DNA of 64,000 nt from an uncultured Bacteriovoracaceae bacterium (GCA_964012805.1 CAXGUD010000012.1:1-64000), one strand, 5' to 3'; positions 47,401 through 57,767 are shown, numbered from the stretch's first letter. Notes: generated by a model not told the origin, from the sequence alone. Made by a program: numbers and translations.

Positions 47401-48597
47401 GTGGAAAAAGACCTTCTAGAGAAAAATATTTCAAAAATCTACTTACTTAAATTCTTCTCTATGTTTCTTATTTTAATGCCTGTTATTGTGCCTTTTTTTA
47501 ACTCTCTTGGGATTGGAATGAAGGGAGTATACCTTATCCAGTGCATTTTTGCTGTTACCGTTTTTATTTTTGAAGTCCCCTCAGGTTATATTGCGGACAT
47601 ACTCGGGAGGAAAAAGACCTTAATGACAGCTTTCTTTTTATCTGCTTTGGGTTTTAGCCTTTTCCCGTTTGCTCAAAATTTAACTCATTTGATTTTAGCA
47701 GAAATCATTTTGGGTTTGGGGCTTTCTCTTAGTTCGGGAACGGATACAGCACTACTCTATGATACCTTAGAGGCCCTTAAATCTAAAAAGGCTTATGTAA
47801 AAGTTTTGGGAAAGAGTCTGGCCTTTTTGTCTATGGGAGAAGGCTTTGCTTCTCTTATTTCAAGTCTATTAATATATTTATCATTCACCACTCGGGATCT
47901 GGCCGTTGCGTCTGCAATTTGCAGTTGGATACCCTTTTTTATAACATTCTTCCTTTTTGAGCCGTCGAGGCAAAAGATGGCAAATGAGCATAAGGAAAAT
48001 TTTAAGTACATTTTTAAGGAGTTATTTAAACAATCCAAGCTTTTAAGACTAATTGTTTTTAATATTGTTTTTTCTTTTTCAGGGACTCTTTTTGCTGTCT
48101 GGATGTTTCAAAAGTATTGGGCGAATCTGGGGATACCTCTTTTTTATTTTGGTCTTTTATGGGCCTTAACGAATTTTACTGTTTCTCTTTCTGGTCGCTA
48201 TGCTCACAAGCTTGAAAAGTGGTGGGGAAGTGCTTGGGTTGTAGCATTTATTGGAGTACTTCCTGTTGCTGGTTATTTTGGAATTTCTTTTGTTGAACAT
48301 ACTGTTGGGGTTTTAGTCTGCTTGTTGTTTCAAGTATGTAGAGGTGTTGGCCAGGTGATTTTAAAAGATGCTCTCAACAAAAGAGTGACTGGCGATTTTA
48401 GGGCTACAGCTAATAGCATTGCTCAGATGGGAGCAAGGGTATTCTTTACTATTTTGGGCCCATTTTTAGGTTTTTATATTGATACATTTGGTCTTTCGTC
48501 AGGGGCTTTTTCCATGGGTGTTCTTTATAGTTTCATTTTCATCTTTGCCATTATCCCACTTATTCGCCAAAGAAAAGACTTCATACAGTTTTCCTAA
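47401..48597 (+). CDS. MFS transporter
   Basis: EVPSGYIADILGRK motif A, SGTDTALLYD, about 12 TM. Confidence 0.92.
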   Translation: MEKDLLEKNISKIYLLKFFSMFLILMPVIVPFFNSLGIGMKGVYLIQCIFAVTVFIFEVPSGYIADILGRKKTLMTAFFLSALGFSLFPFAQNLTHLILAEIILGLGLSLSSGTDTALLYDTLEALKSKKAYVKVLGKSLAFLSMGEGFASLISSLLIYLSFTTRDLAVASAICSWIPFFITFFLFEPSRQKMANEHKENFKYIFKELFKQSKLLRLIVFNIVFSFSGTLFAVWMFQKYWANLGIPLFYFGLLWALTNFTVSLSGRYAHKLEKWWGSAWVVAFIGVLPVAGYFGISFVEHTVGVLVCLLFQVCRGVGQVILKDALNKRVTGDFRATANSIAQMGARVFFTILGPFLGFYIDTFGLSSGAFSMGVLYSFIFIFAIIPLIRQRKDFIQFS

Positions 48598-48696
48598 CAA
48601 TTCTGTTTCGAGTTGAGCTTTTTAAAAAAGTAAAATGGTTGTTTTTTTGTAATGACTATTGAATCAATGTTTGCATTGATTATAATTTAAAAAAAT

Positions 48697-49012
48697 ATGG
48701 CTAAAAAAATGCAAATGAGCAATATACTTGAAGAGGAAATGCAGTCTAAAATAAATCAAGCTGAAGGAAAGGCAGAAGAAATTTTAACAATTTCAAAAGC
48801 TACAGCTGAGTTTATTATGAAGGTAGGATGACTTGAGCCAGTAAGGTGGTGAGAAGCCCATTAAAATACTGCTTTCCCAGCAATATTTGTCTAAATTGAC
48901 CAAACTTGCTTATGGAGAAAAAAAGGTGATTCTTCCCGTTAAGATTTCAGATTTTGATTCACTTTTATTAAATATCGGTCTTGATTGGAGAAAAGAAGAT
49001 TTCAAGCTTTAG
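48697..49012 (+). pseudogene. Remnant of an SPFH/band-7 (QmcA/stomatin-like) gene, C-terminal part
   Basis: EMQSKINQAEGKAEEILTISKATAE, stop at 48829, frameshift, stop at 48842, then GGEKPIKILLSQQYLSKLTKLA...VILP. Confidence 0.7.
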
Positions 49013-49038
49013 TATGGAAACCATTTCATGGAGAAGAT

Positions 49039-49692
49039 ATGGCCTATAGAACGGATAACATCCCTTTACTTATAAAACCGCTTTACTTTGCTATATCTTA
49101 TATTCTGGCAATTATTGTATTTGTCTTTTTTATCTTTCCTCTGAGACTCACATTAAGAATTGATTTTCAGGGTAAAGAGAACCTCAATAAGAAACCTTTT
49201 ATTGGATGTATCTGGCATCAAGATTTGGGGCCAGTTTTTACTTCATTAAAAAAATTTGGTGTCAACCAAATTTGGATGAACTATCCTGTTTGGTATATGA
49301 AACCTATCCATTTTCTTCTGAACTTTATTGGAATCAAAGAACTCGTATTGGGCTCTTCTGGCCACAATGGAAAAGAAGCTGCAAGTAAATTATGTAGGCT
49401 TTTAAAAGAGAAAAATGCTTCCACAATAGTTGCCGTGGATGGTCCCCTCGGTCCTTCTAAAGTTTTAAAAAAAGGGGTCCTTTACATGGCACTCGAGACA
49501 GGCTTTCCTATTATACCTTTAACATTTGAACTCTCACCATGTTTTATTCTAAGGCCTAGTTGGGATGGAAAAAAGATGACCGTTCCTTTTGGGCGGATGA
49601 AAATTATTTGTCATGAATCACTTTATGTAACTGAAGACAATTTTAAAGAAAGATCAATACAATTGGAAAATGCATTGAATAGAGTTCCTTAG
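49039..49692 (+). CDS. DUF374/lysophospholipid acyltransferase-like protein
   Basis: WHQD, GSS...G, VDGPLGP, K.GV..MA, SWD...VPFG. Confidence 0.8.
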   Translation: MAYRTDNIPLLIKPLYFAISYILAIIVFVFFIFPLRLTLRIDFQGKENLNKKPFIGCIWHQDLGPVFTSLKKFGVNQIWMNYPVWYMKPIHFLLNFIGIKELVLGSSGHNGKEAASKLCRLLKEKNASTIVAVDGPLGPSKVLKKGVLYMALETGFPIIPLTFELSPCFILRPSWDGKKMTVPFGRMKIICHESLYVTEDNFKERSIQLENALNRVP

Positions 49693-49963
49693 ATTCTTCT
49701 TTTTCATTATTTTCCCTTTAGAAAGTTATTTAGAATCACCGTGACAAAATTTTCAATTATAAATTTCCTTTGCGCCATGTCCATGGCTACTTTTATTTGA
49801 TCTCTTTTTTCATGGCCGATAAAGCTTTTATAAATCTCTTCAGCGACTTTTTTGTCCAATGCTTTTTTTATCAGGACTATTGGTAATAATAATTTTAATT
49901 TTATTATTTTCTTCGTTAATAATATTCAGGAAGAATTCCAATACGTTTGTAATCTAATTTAAT

Positions 49964-50956
49964 TTATTTCTCTAAAATAAAATAATTCCACACTGCTTTG
50001 AAAGTATCTTTATTTGAAAAAGTTTTTTCCATACCTTCTCGTATAAGAGTTAATCTATCTTCTATGCATTTTTGGTCACAATTTTTACCTGTAACTTTTT
50101 TGGATCCACCAACCCATCCTATAACACCTTCATGGTAGACATTTATAAATTCGTACCAATCGTTAACAGTTGCTTCAATGGGGTGGTACTCACTAGAAAC
50201 TTCTTTAAGTCCTACTTCTTTAAAAATATCTTTGTAAAAATCAATAGATCTTACAGGAAGAAAATACTTTTCCCTCAATTTATCATGAGCATTCATATAA
50301 TTTTTATCTTCCAAAGACAAACGATATTTTGAAAAACGCTTATCTGTTGAAACAATTTCTAAAACAGCTTCATTAATTTTAAGAACGCTTTCATCTATAA
50401 TCCATCCTTCTTTTGCTGCCTCAGGGTTATTTATATTCCCAGATTGAATATAGATACGACCTCCAGGTCTGAGGATTTTTTTCCATGATTCGAGTGTTTC
50501 TTTTAGGTTATAGTAGAGGTGTATGGCATTAGTGGAAGAAATAATATCGATTCCTTTTTTATAAAAGTCTTCTTCTATTACTTCATGAAGGTATTCGAGT
50601 CTTTTTTCTTCTTTTTTGAAGTTTATAAGTCTATAAGCAACTCTAGGATCAGATTTAAGCTTTTCAATGGCCAGCCTTAAAAATTTTGGAGAGGAATCTA
50701 CAATCAAAATACCTAAATCAGAGCTTTTTCCAAGGTTACGTAACAATCTGTTTGCAAGAATTCCTGTACCACCAGAGTAATCTAAAAGTATATCTCCTCT
50801 TTTTATATCCCTACTGATTTGGTCTACGGTGTTATCCAAATTCCTGTACCATCCGTGGTTTTCAACCGTATCATATTTTAAGGCCAAGCTTTCTAAAGGG
50901 GCTCTCACCCACTCTTGTTCTGGAATAGTTTTAAAGTTTTTTGGCCACGGTAACAC
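49964..50956 (-). CDS. Class I SAM-dependent methyltransferase
   Basis: LLDYSGGTG motif I, VDSS, NAIH, ILRPGG. Confidence 0.85.
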   Translation of the reverse strand: MLPWPKNFKTIPEQEWVRAPLESLALKYDTVENHGWYRNLDNTVDQISRDIKRGDILLDYSGGTGILANRLLRNLGKSSDLGILIVDSSPKFLRLAIEKLKSDPRVAYRLINFKKEEKRLEYLHEVIEEDFYKKGIDIISSTNAIHLYYNLKETLESWKKILRPGGRIYIQSGNINNPEAAKEGWIIDESVLKINEAVLEIVSTDKRFSKYRLSLEDKNYMNAHDKLREKYFLPVRSIDFYKDIFKEVGLKEVSSEYHPIEATVNDWYEFINVYHEGVIGWVGGSKKVTGKNCDQKCIEDRLTLIREGMEKTFSNKDTFKAVWNYFILEK

Positions 50957-51198
50957 ATTAGCTCCTTAGGAAAGAATTAACCTTTGAAAGATTTACACTG
51001 TTGTTTTTAGTTTTCATAATTATAGTTCATTTTGGTGCCGTTTTGATCCTCTTTTTTAATTTTTTAAATCAAAAATACTAATTTACCAGACATTTTTTAT
51101 TAGAAAAATAAAGGTGAAAAATCATTTTTCATTGATATATTCCCTCGAAAGAAGGTATTCTAAATGATTTTTGATACCTTCCCCTAAAGGAGGTATAT

Positions 51199-52761
51199 AT
51201 GAAAAAGTTTAAACCACTACCATTTTTTCTTCTCTCAACCTCTATGTTATTTTTGTCCTGTGGTAAATATGATCTAGAATTCAGAGGGCCACAATTTTCG
51301 AATTCAAAATTTATGACAAATGTAAGTAATCTAAAGTTGAAAAAGGACTTTAGGGGCGTTTATCGTACTTTTGATGGAGAGGAAGAAGATAATTTTTTAA
51401 AAGGATGGCAGCATTGGGATAATGATAGGTTTAATAAAGTTCACATACCAAGTTCTAATATTGAAATTGCTAAAAAAAACCTAGATGTTGAAAATATGAA
51501 TGAAGTAATCGTAGCGGTCATTGACAGTGGCGTTGATGTTTATCACCCCTCTTTTAAAGGAAGAATTTGGGAAAATGAAAATGAAATACCTTATGACGGA
51601 ATTGATAATGATGGAAATGGATATATAGATGATATTTATGGTTGGAACTTTTTGGGAGAGGTCGAAAAAGAAAACTTTGAACTTACAAGAAAATATAGAA
51701 GGTGTGGAAACAACAATTTATTAGAAGGGGAAAGTAGGGAAGATTGCTATAGAGTTGAAAAGGAGTTTAGAAAAAAACGTAAAAAAGCCTATCAAAACCT
51801 GAATTATGTATCAAAGTATTCTAATTATTTTGGGAAAGAAGCCTATAATCATTACTATAACCAAGTTAACTTCTATTTAAATCCTGAATATAATCCAAGA
51901 GAGGAGTCTATAAACGGAGTACTTTATGATGAAGAATGGGGAAATAGTAATATTTTACCCAGGGATAATAGCGAAAGTCATGGTACCCACGTAGCCGGTA
52001 TAATTGCAGGAAGAAAGCATGGAGAAATTTCAATTGGAGTTAATCCTTATGCAAAGATCATGGCATTAAGAGTCGTACCTGAAGGTGATGAAAGGGCAAG
52101 TGATGTTTCAAGGGCCGTCATTTATGCAGTAGAAAATGGTGCAAGAGTTATTAATATGAGTTTTGGAAATTATGAGAATACAGGACAAGCAGAACTTTTA
52201 GAGGCCTTTGAATATGCCGCCGAAAAAGGAGTCCTTATTGTTCATGCAGCAGGAAATGATTCACTTAATATAAATAAAATTATTCATTCTCCAAGCCGAA
52301 AGGGAGGTAGTAAAAAATTACTTGATTCCTGGATCGAAGTCGGAAGTAGCACTTCAACTATTTATTTCAATAAAAGAAATCAAAAATACTATGTAAATTC
52401 TTCCTTACTGCCTTCCTCTTTCTCAAATTATGGAAATCAATACGTTGATCTTTTTGCACCTGGAAGTCAAATTTTTGCTCCAGTTCCTGCCGGAAAATAT
52501 GCTTCAATGAGTGGAACAAGTATGGCCGCACCATTAGTTTCTGGAGTTGCTTCTCTTTTGCTCTCCTACAAACCAGAATTAAATGCTGCCGATTTAAAGG
52601 AAATTCTTTTAAAATCATCTAGAATAGAATCATATGATGTTTACCTTCCTAATCAAAGTAAAGGTAGTGATAGTGAGAGAGTTTCATTTTCTTCTTTAAG
52701 TAAAAAGGGCTCTGTTTTAGATGCCTATAGTGCTTTAGGGTATATAAAAGAAAGATATTAA
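51199..52761 (+). CDS. S8 subtilisin-family serine protease lipoprotein
   Basis: FLSC lipobox; VIDSG, HGTHVAG, AAGN, SGTSMAAP; AAGGAGG RBS. Confidence 0.95.
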   Translation: MKKFKPLPFFLLSTSMLFLSCGKYDLEFRGPQFSNSKFMTNVSNLKLKKDFRGVYRTFDGEEEDNFLKGWQHWDNDRFNKVHIPSSNIEIAKKNLDVENMNEVIVAVIDSGVDVYHPSFKGRIWENENEIPYDGIDNDGNGYIDDIYGWNFLGEVEKENFELTRKYRRCGNNNLLEGESREDCYRVEKEFRKKRKKAYQNLNYVSKYSNYFGKEAYNHYYNQVNFYLNPEYNPREESINGVLYDEEWGNSNILPRDNSESHGTHVAGIIAGRKHGEISIGVNPYAKIMALRVVPEGDERASDVSRAVIYAVENGARVINMSFGNYENTGQAELLEAFEYAAEKGVLIVHAAGNDSLNINKIIHSPSRKGGSKKLLDSWIEVGSSTSTIYFNKRNQKYYVNSSLLPSSFSNYGNQYVDLFAPGSQIFAPVPAGKYASMSGTSMAAPLVSGVASLLLSYKPELNAADLKEILLKSSRIESYDVYLPNQSKGSDSERVSFSSLSKKGSVLDAYSALGYIKERY

Positions 52762-52762
52762 T

Positions 52763-52806
52763 TCAAAAAAAGAGGGAGAAGGCATGGTCTTCTCCTTCTT
52801 TTTTGA
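52763..52806. terminator. Bidirectional intrinsic terminator
   Basis: A7GAGGGAGAAG-loop-CTTCTCCTTC-T6 between convergent genes. Confidence 0.8.
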
Positions 52807-52844
52807 GTTCTTAGTAACAGATTAGGAAATTAAAATAAGAATCG

Positions 52845-54842
52845 TTATACTTTTTGTTTGCCGTAGTTTTTAATTCTATCTTCAATACTCTCTAATTTTG
52901 GTAAAATTATTGAGTACGGCTCAATTAGATTATTTTTAATTATAGATTTTGATAACATTCTTCTTTCCGGCATTTGTTTTACAAGGTTTGATAATGTTTC
53001 AAAATCCTGGGCCAACTCAAAATATCCAAGTCCTCTTAGAAGAAATTTGAGAAGGTTAGACCTTTGATGAATTAAATTAATTGTTCTTTCAAACTCAGGA
53101 TAAAGGATTGCAACTTTTAGAACTTTCTCCATCTTCTCATCGTCTATTTTATTAATATCTCTAACTAGAAAAACATATTCAAATAAGTTTTTAAAAACCT
53201 TTTCTAAATCATTTATCTTTTCAATCGCGATTTTAGAAAATGAAGAACCGAGATCTATTTTTGTTGGTGTGATTAAGTTTGCAGTCATACTATAATTAAT
53301 TAAATATTCAAAGAAAGAGCATAATATGTTTGTCACTTCAAATTGGGTGTTGAGCTCTTTACTATTTTCAATTTGTTGCACTTCTTTAAGATGATATTCA
53401 ATTTTAGATTTGAATAAGATAGAACAATCTAAAATCGATTGGATTTTTTCTAAATACGATTTGAAGTTATTTATAAAATGAGACGAATCGTATGTATCAG
53501 ACATGGGAGAAATAAAGTCATCGAGAATTTCAAAAGATTTTTTTAGAGATAATTCCAACGTTTGAGATAAATGAACCTTTTGGGGAATTGATATAATCTC
53601 TTTTAAATTATGGAATTTTTCTTGATCTTGATTTGAGACTTTTAAAAGATTCTCACTATCTGTTATATCCTCAGCCGTACACATAAGCTTTTCAATGGTA
53701 TCATTTCCATCTGAAATCGCCTTATAGGATAATTTAAGGATTTTACCCCTTTTTTCAAACTGATCAGGTATTGTAACTTTTTTGGGTAATTTTGATTTTA
53801 ATTCTTCAAATTCATTTATATTAGTTTCAAAGATCTTTTTAAAGGTCAATGAAAGTTCTATGTATTGTCTAGTTCCTTTTTTGAAATTAAAAAAAAGAAC
53901 CTGACTGATATGAAGCCCAACTATATTTCTATTAAAAAGAAATTCAGAAAAATCAGATACAGGAGGAAGTATTAAAAAATCACTTCCTATTACAAAAATT
54001 GAGACTTGTATGTTATTTAAAAGTGTCCCAATTTTATTTTTTTCTTCGTTTATTTCTTTCGTAGCATCTCTTATCTTATATTCAAGATTTTTTGAATAAT
54101 CTATAAGCTTTTCATGATTAATTTGAAGGTTTTTTTTCATTTTATTGATTGAATTAACAAGTTGATCTAGTTCATCTGGGTGTTTAAGTACTTTTCTATT
54201 TAATTTTAGATCTCCTAAGGCCTTTAATTTATTTAGATCAAGACTTATGGCGTATTCAACCATTCTATTTATATGACTAGTGATCAGATATCTAAAAATA
54301 AAAAAAACTAAGACTGTTGTTACAATTGTTTGAAATAGAATTAAAAAAGATTGGTCTATAACTTGTTTTCTCGTTTTTTTTAGAATATATCTATTTGTGA
54401 AAAATACTTTTAATTTTCCAAGATAGGCTTTTTTTGTTTCTCCTTCAATCTGATGAAATATTGGTAGAGTCTTCATAATGAAGCTTCTAGGGTCTTCATT
54501 CTTAAAGTTTTTATCTTCTAAAAAAAATAACTCACTGTGTTTGGAATCTAAATTATTCTCATTACTTACTTCTAAAAAAGATACTTTGATAATATTTTCG
54601 TCAGCCAAAATCCCTCTGAGAGACAAGCTAATTCCTTCTTCATTCTCTTCAAAAAGAGCACCAGCAAGAGGGGGAATAATTGATTCTTTAAAATCCCTTA
54701 ATTTTGTATTAATTTTTTTTGTATTTTCTTTTGAGAGTTCTAGATAATTTTGAAGCATGAAAGCGAGGCTAACTAGGATATTTCCTAAAAGAACATAGAA
54801 GATCAGTTTAGACGCTATAGATGATTTCTTTTTTAAATTCAT
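52845..54842 (-). CDS. 2TM-HAMP receptor, PAS-like core and kinase-less helical C-terminal domain
   Basis: N-half aligns with the 26692 gene (DELDQLVNSINKM, LLNN, PPVSDF); C-terminus aligns with the 37239 gene; TAAT-N16-CCCGATAC at 54883-54910. Confidence 0.85.
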   Translation of the reverse strand: MNLKKKSSIASKLIFYVLLGNILVSLAFMLQNYLELSKENTKKINTKLRDFKESIIPPLAGALFEENEEGISLSLRGILADENIIKVSFLEVSNENNLDSKHSELFFLEDKNFKNEDPRSFIMKTLPIFHQIEGETKKAYLGKLKVFFTNRYILKKTRKQVIDQSFLILFQTIVTTVLVFFIFRYLITSHINRMVEYAISLDLNKLKALGDLKLNRKVLKHPDELDQLVNSINKMKKNLQINHEKLIDYSKNLEYKIRDATKEINEEKNKIGTLLNNIQVSIFVIGSDFLILPPVSDFSEFLFNRNIVGLHISQVLFFNFKKGTRQYIELSLTFKKIFETNINEFEELKSKLPKKVTIPDQFEKRGKILKLSYKAISDGNDTIEKLMCTAEDITDSENLLKVSNQDQEKFHNLKEIISIPQKVHLSQTLELSLKKSFEILDDFISPMSDTYDSSHFINNFKSYLEKIQSILDCSILFKSKIEYHLKEVQQIENSKELNTQFEVTNILCSFFEYLINYSMTANLITPTKIDLGSSFSKIAIEKINDLEKVFKNLFEYVFLVRDINKIDDEKMEKVLKVAILYPEFERTINLIHQRSNLLKFLLRGLGYFELAQDFETLSNLVKQMPERRMLSKSIIKNNLIEPYSIILPKLESIEDRIKNYGKQKV

Positions 54843-55102
54843 TATTTCTTTTTTTAATAAATATCTAAAAATATATGAACCTGTATCGGGTGGTAAAGCT
54901 ATTAAAATTAATGATTTAACTCAAATTTAAAAAGTAATTTAAGTTAAAAAAACCGACTTTTTAAGTTTTGAAAGATAGTTGACTAGTTTTCTTGGAGTAA
55001 GGATAAATATTACAAAATACTTGTACTCCAATGCAGTTATTAATTACTATCCAGAGGTATAAATGTTATAAATGCCTCAAAGTACTATTAAAAAGGAAAG
55101 GT

Positions 55103-55693
55103 ATGTTTTTAAAAATTTTTACTTTAGGCCTTTGTCTGATTTTGAATTTTTCTTCTTTTGCAAGAACAGGAGACCTTTTTGAAAAAGATTATTTTATTCT
55201 AAAAAAAATTCCAGCAGACTATAGATCATTTGGAGCCATCTGTGAACAGGTTGCAAGATTAAGGCTTAAAGAGAGGTTTGATCCAAATAAATTTCAATTT
55301 ATTATTGGCCTTGAATATAGAAACTCACGAAGGGTATTGGGTGAAATTGACCTTATTGTTGTTTCCAAAAAAAATCAAAAAGTCATAGTTGTTGGTGAAG
55401 TTAAATGTTGGAAAAATTTAAAGGCTGCTTCAAAGAAAGCAAAAAAACAATTAAATAGGTTCTTTACTGCAATAAAGAGTTTGGAAAAAATACTTTTTTT
55501 TCCTAAAGAAACAGTGAGTTTCAAGTTTAAAAAAGAGGACTTCTTTAATGCAAAAAGAATGCTTTTCTCCCAAAAGGTAGAAGGTGATAATCCTTTTAAA
55601 AACAATATTGGTTTAACTCTTAATCAAGTTAAAAAATTAAGACAAAAACTTCAGATCTGTCAAAAGAATAGAGAGTGCCCTTCTCTAAAATGA
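55103..55693 (+). CDS. Secreted PD-(D/E)XK nuclease-like protein
   Basis: Signal peptide ending SSFA; GAICEQ, GEIDLIV, VGEVKC motifs. Confidence 0.65.
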   Translation: MFLKIFTLGLCLILNFSSFARTGDLFEKDYFILKKIPADYRSFGAICEQVARLRLKERFDPNKFQFIIGLEYRNSRRVLGEIDLIVVSKKNQKVIVVGEVKCWKNLKAASKKAKKQLNRFFTAIKSLEKILFFPKETVSFKFKKEDFFNAKRMLFSQKVEGDNPFKNNIGLTLNQVKKLRQKLQICQKNRECPSLK

Positions 55694-55784
55694 TTAATTT
55701 TCTAGGGATATTAATTGTACTCTTTTTATTTTGGAACCTATATAAAAAACAAAATTTTAATATATTTATTTGGGAGATTAAACT

Positions 55785-56243
55785 ATGAGTGAAACCCGCT
55801 TATGGATTGATGCTGATGCCTGTCCGAAAGCTGTTAAAGAAATTATCTATAAATCTTCTAGCCGACTACAGTTTGAAGTCATACTCGTTGCTAATGCTTA
55901 CCAATCTGTTCCCCAAAGTCCCCTTATTAAGCTAGTAAAGGTTGACTTGGGCGCTGATGTGGCGGACCACTATATTATAGAGCATTGTGGAGCATCTGAT
56001 ATTGTTATAACAGCTGATATACCTTTGGCCTCCCATATTGTTAAAAAGGGAGCAATAGCATTAAATCCAAGGGGGGAAGTTTATGATGAAGAAAATATTG
56101 GTGAAAGATTGGCAGTTAGGGATTTGATGAAAGATCTGAGAAATAATGGGGAAGTAACAGGCGGTCCACCGCCATTTGGGCCAAAAGATAAAGCCAACTT
56201 TGCAAACTCTTTCAACAAGCTTATCACGAGGAAGATGAAGTAA
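55785..56243 (+). CDS. yaiI: YaiI/YqxD (UPF0178) family protein
   Basis: WIDADACP, DVAD, ITADIPLA, LNPRG, GGPPPF. Confidence 0.93.
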   Translation: MSETRLWIDADACPKAVKEIIYKSSSRLQFEVILVANAYQSVPQSPLIKLVKVDLGADVADHYIIEHCGASDIVITADIPLASHIVKKGAIALNPRGEVYDEENIGERLAVRDLMKDLRNNGEVTGGPPPFGPKDKANFANSFNKLITRKMK

Positions 56244-56340
56244 AAATTTCTTATAAGTATCAATAAAAACTATTGATTTAAGACAAAGAAATTGGCCCAT
56301 GGTAGAGGTATATTTTTGAAACTTCAGAGAGGTAAGACCT

Positions 56341-57711
56341 ATGAATAAAGGAAAACCTTTTAGCCAAATGGCATTAAAAAAAGAACTTGTGAATTCTCTT
56401 GAAGAAATGAAATTTGAATCCATGACACCGATTCAGGAAAAAGCGCTTCCTTTTATTCTGGAAAATCGAGATGTGATTGCCCAAGCAAAAACAGGATCAG
56501 GCAAAACTTATGCCTTTGGTTTAGGAATTCTTTCATTCATAGATGTATCTATCTTCAAACCTCAGGCCCTTATTTTGTGTCCAACAAGAGAGCTTGCTGA
56601 TCAAGTTGCTGAAGATCTTAGAAAGCTAGGCAAAAAAATAGATAATCTAAAAATCGCGACTCTTACAGGTGGAGGCTTTGAAGAAAGGCAGAAAAAGTCC
56701 CTTGAACATGGTGTGCATATTGTTGTTGGAACACCAGGAAGGACCCTTAAATTTTTAAAAAAGGGAATCTTGAAAAACATAACATTTAAGCACTTTGTTT
56801 TAGATGAAGCTGATAGAATGCTAGATATGGGATTTAGAGAGAGTATCGAAGCAATAGTTTCTTACCTTCCACTTAAGCGTCAAAGCTTACTATTTTCAGC
56901 AACATATCCAGAAAAAATCCAAGATCTTTCAGAAGATATTTTGAGAGAACCTCGATTTTTAAAAGTAGATACGATTCATAATTTTGATGTCATTGATGAG
57001 TGCTTTGTTCATTTAAATGATCATAAAGAAAAGGCACCGTTATTATTTTCTTTTTTAGAGACCTTAGGTTCCAAAACATGTTTAATCTTTTGTAAGACAA
57101 AGCTTATTTGCAAAAATCTTTCTGATTCAATTAACAGGAAAGGCTTTGAAGCACTTGCCATTCATGGTGATTTAAACCAAAAAGAAAGGAGCCTTGTTTT
57201 AACAAAGTTTACCAATGGGAGTTCAAGAATTTTGGTGGCAACTGATGTTGCAGCAAGGGGACTCGATATCGATAAATTGGATGTCGTTATCAATTTTGAT
57301 ATTCCACGAGATAAAGATAGTTATACTCATCGTATAGGTAGGACAGGTAGGGCAAATTTAAAGGGAAAAGCCGTTACTTTTTTTACTGACAAAGAAAAAA
57401 ATTCTCTTGATCAATGGGAAAATATATCTTTAACTTCCCCTTTAGAACTAACAACGCATAAAAAAGGCATTATTCCCCCGGAAATGAAAACTATTTGTAT
57501 TGCTGCTGGGAAAAAGCAGAAATTAAGGAAAACTGATATCTTAGGTGCTTTAGTGAAAGACGTTGGTATAGAAAGTAACGACGTTGGTAGAATAGACCTT
57601 TTAGATCATTCTTCCTATGTTGGAATTAGTGCAAGCTCCGTTGGTTTCGTTTTAACAGCTTTAAAAAGTAAAATGATCAAAGGGAAAAGAAGACGGGTTT
57701 CCCAAGTTTGA
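56341..57711 (+). CDS. dbpA: DEAD-box RNA helicase DbpA
   Basis: AKTGSGKT, PTRELA, DEAD, SAT, HRIGRTGR; C-terminal GKKQKLR..DILGAL DbpA domain. Confidence 0.93.
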   Translation: MNKGKPFSQMALKKELVNSLEEMKFESMTPIQEKALPFILENRDVIAQAKTGSGKTYAFGLGILSFIDVSIFKPQALILCPTRELADQVAEDLRKLGKKIDNLKIATLTGGGFEERQKKSLEHGVHIVVGTPGRTLKFLKKGILKNITFKHFVLDEADRMLDMGFRESIEAIVSYLPLKRQSLLFSATYPEKIQDLSEDILREPRFLKVDTIHNFDVIDECFVHLNDHKEKAPLLFSFLETLGSKTCLIFCKTKLICKNLSDSINRKGFEALAIHGDLNQKERSLVLTKFTNGSSRILVATDVAARGLDIDKLDVVINFDIPRDKDSYTHRIGRTGRANLKGKAVTFFTDKEKNSLDQWENISLTSPLELTTHKKGIIPPEMKTICIAAGKKQKLRKTDILGALVKDVGIESNDVGRIDLLDHSSYVGISASSVGFVLTALKSKMIKGKRRRVSQV

Positions 57712-57767
57712 TTCCTCTATATTATTTGACAGTCTTAAGTAAAAGTTTTTCTTTCAAGGTTATCTTT

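Noticed and set aside
49707..49925. Minus-strand open frame LPIVLIKKALDKKVAEEIYKSF...
   Set aside because: No start or RBS at its 5' end and no recognisable family; possibly a remnant
10127..52778. Identical AAAAAAAGAGGGAG arm in two hairpins, as a REP-like family
   Set aside because: Only two copies, low complexity; explained as ordinary terminators
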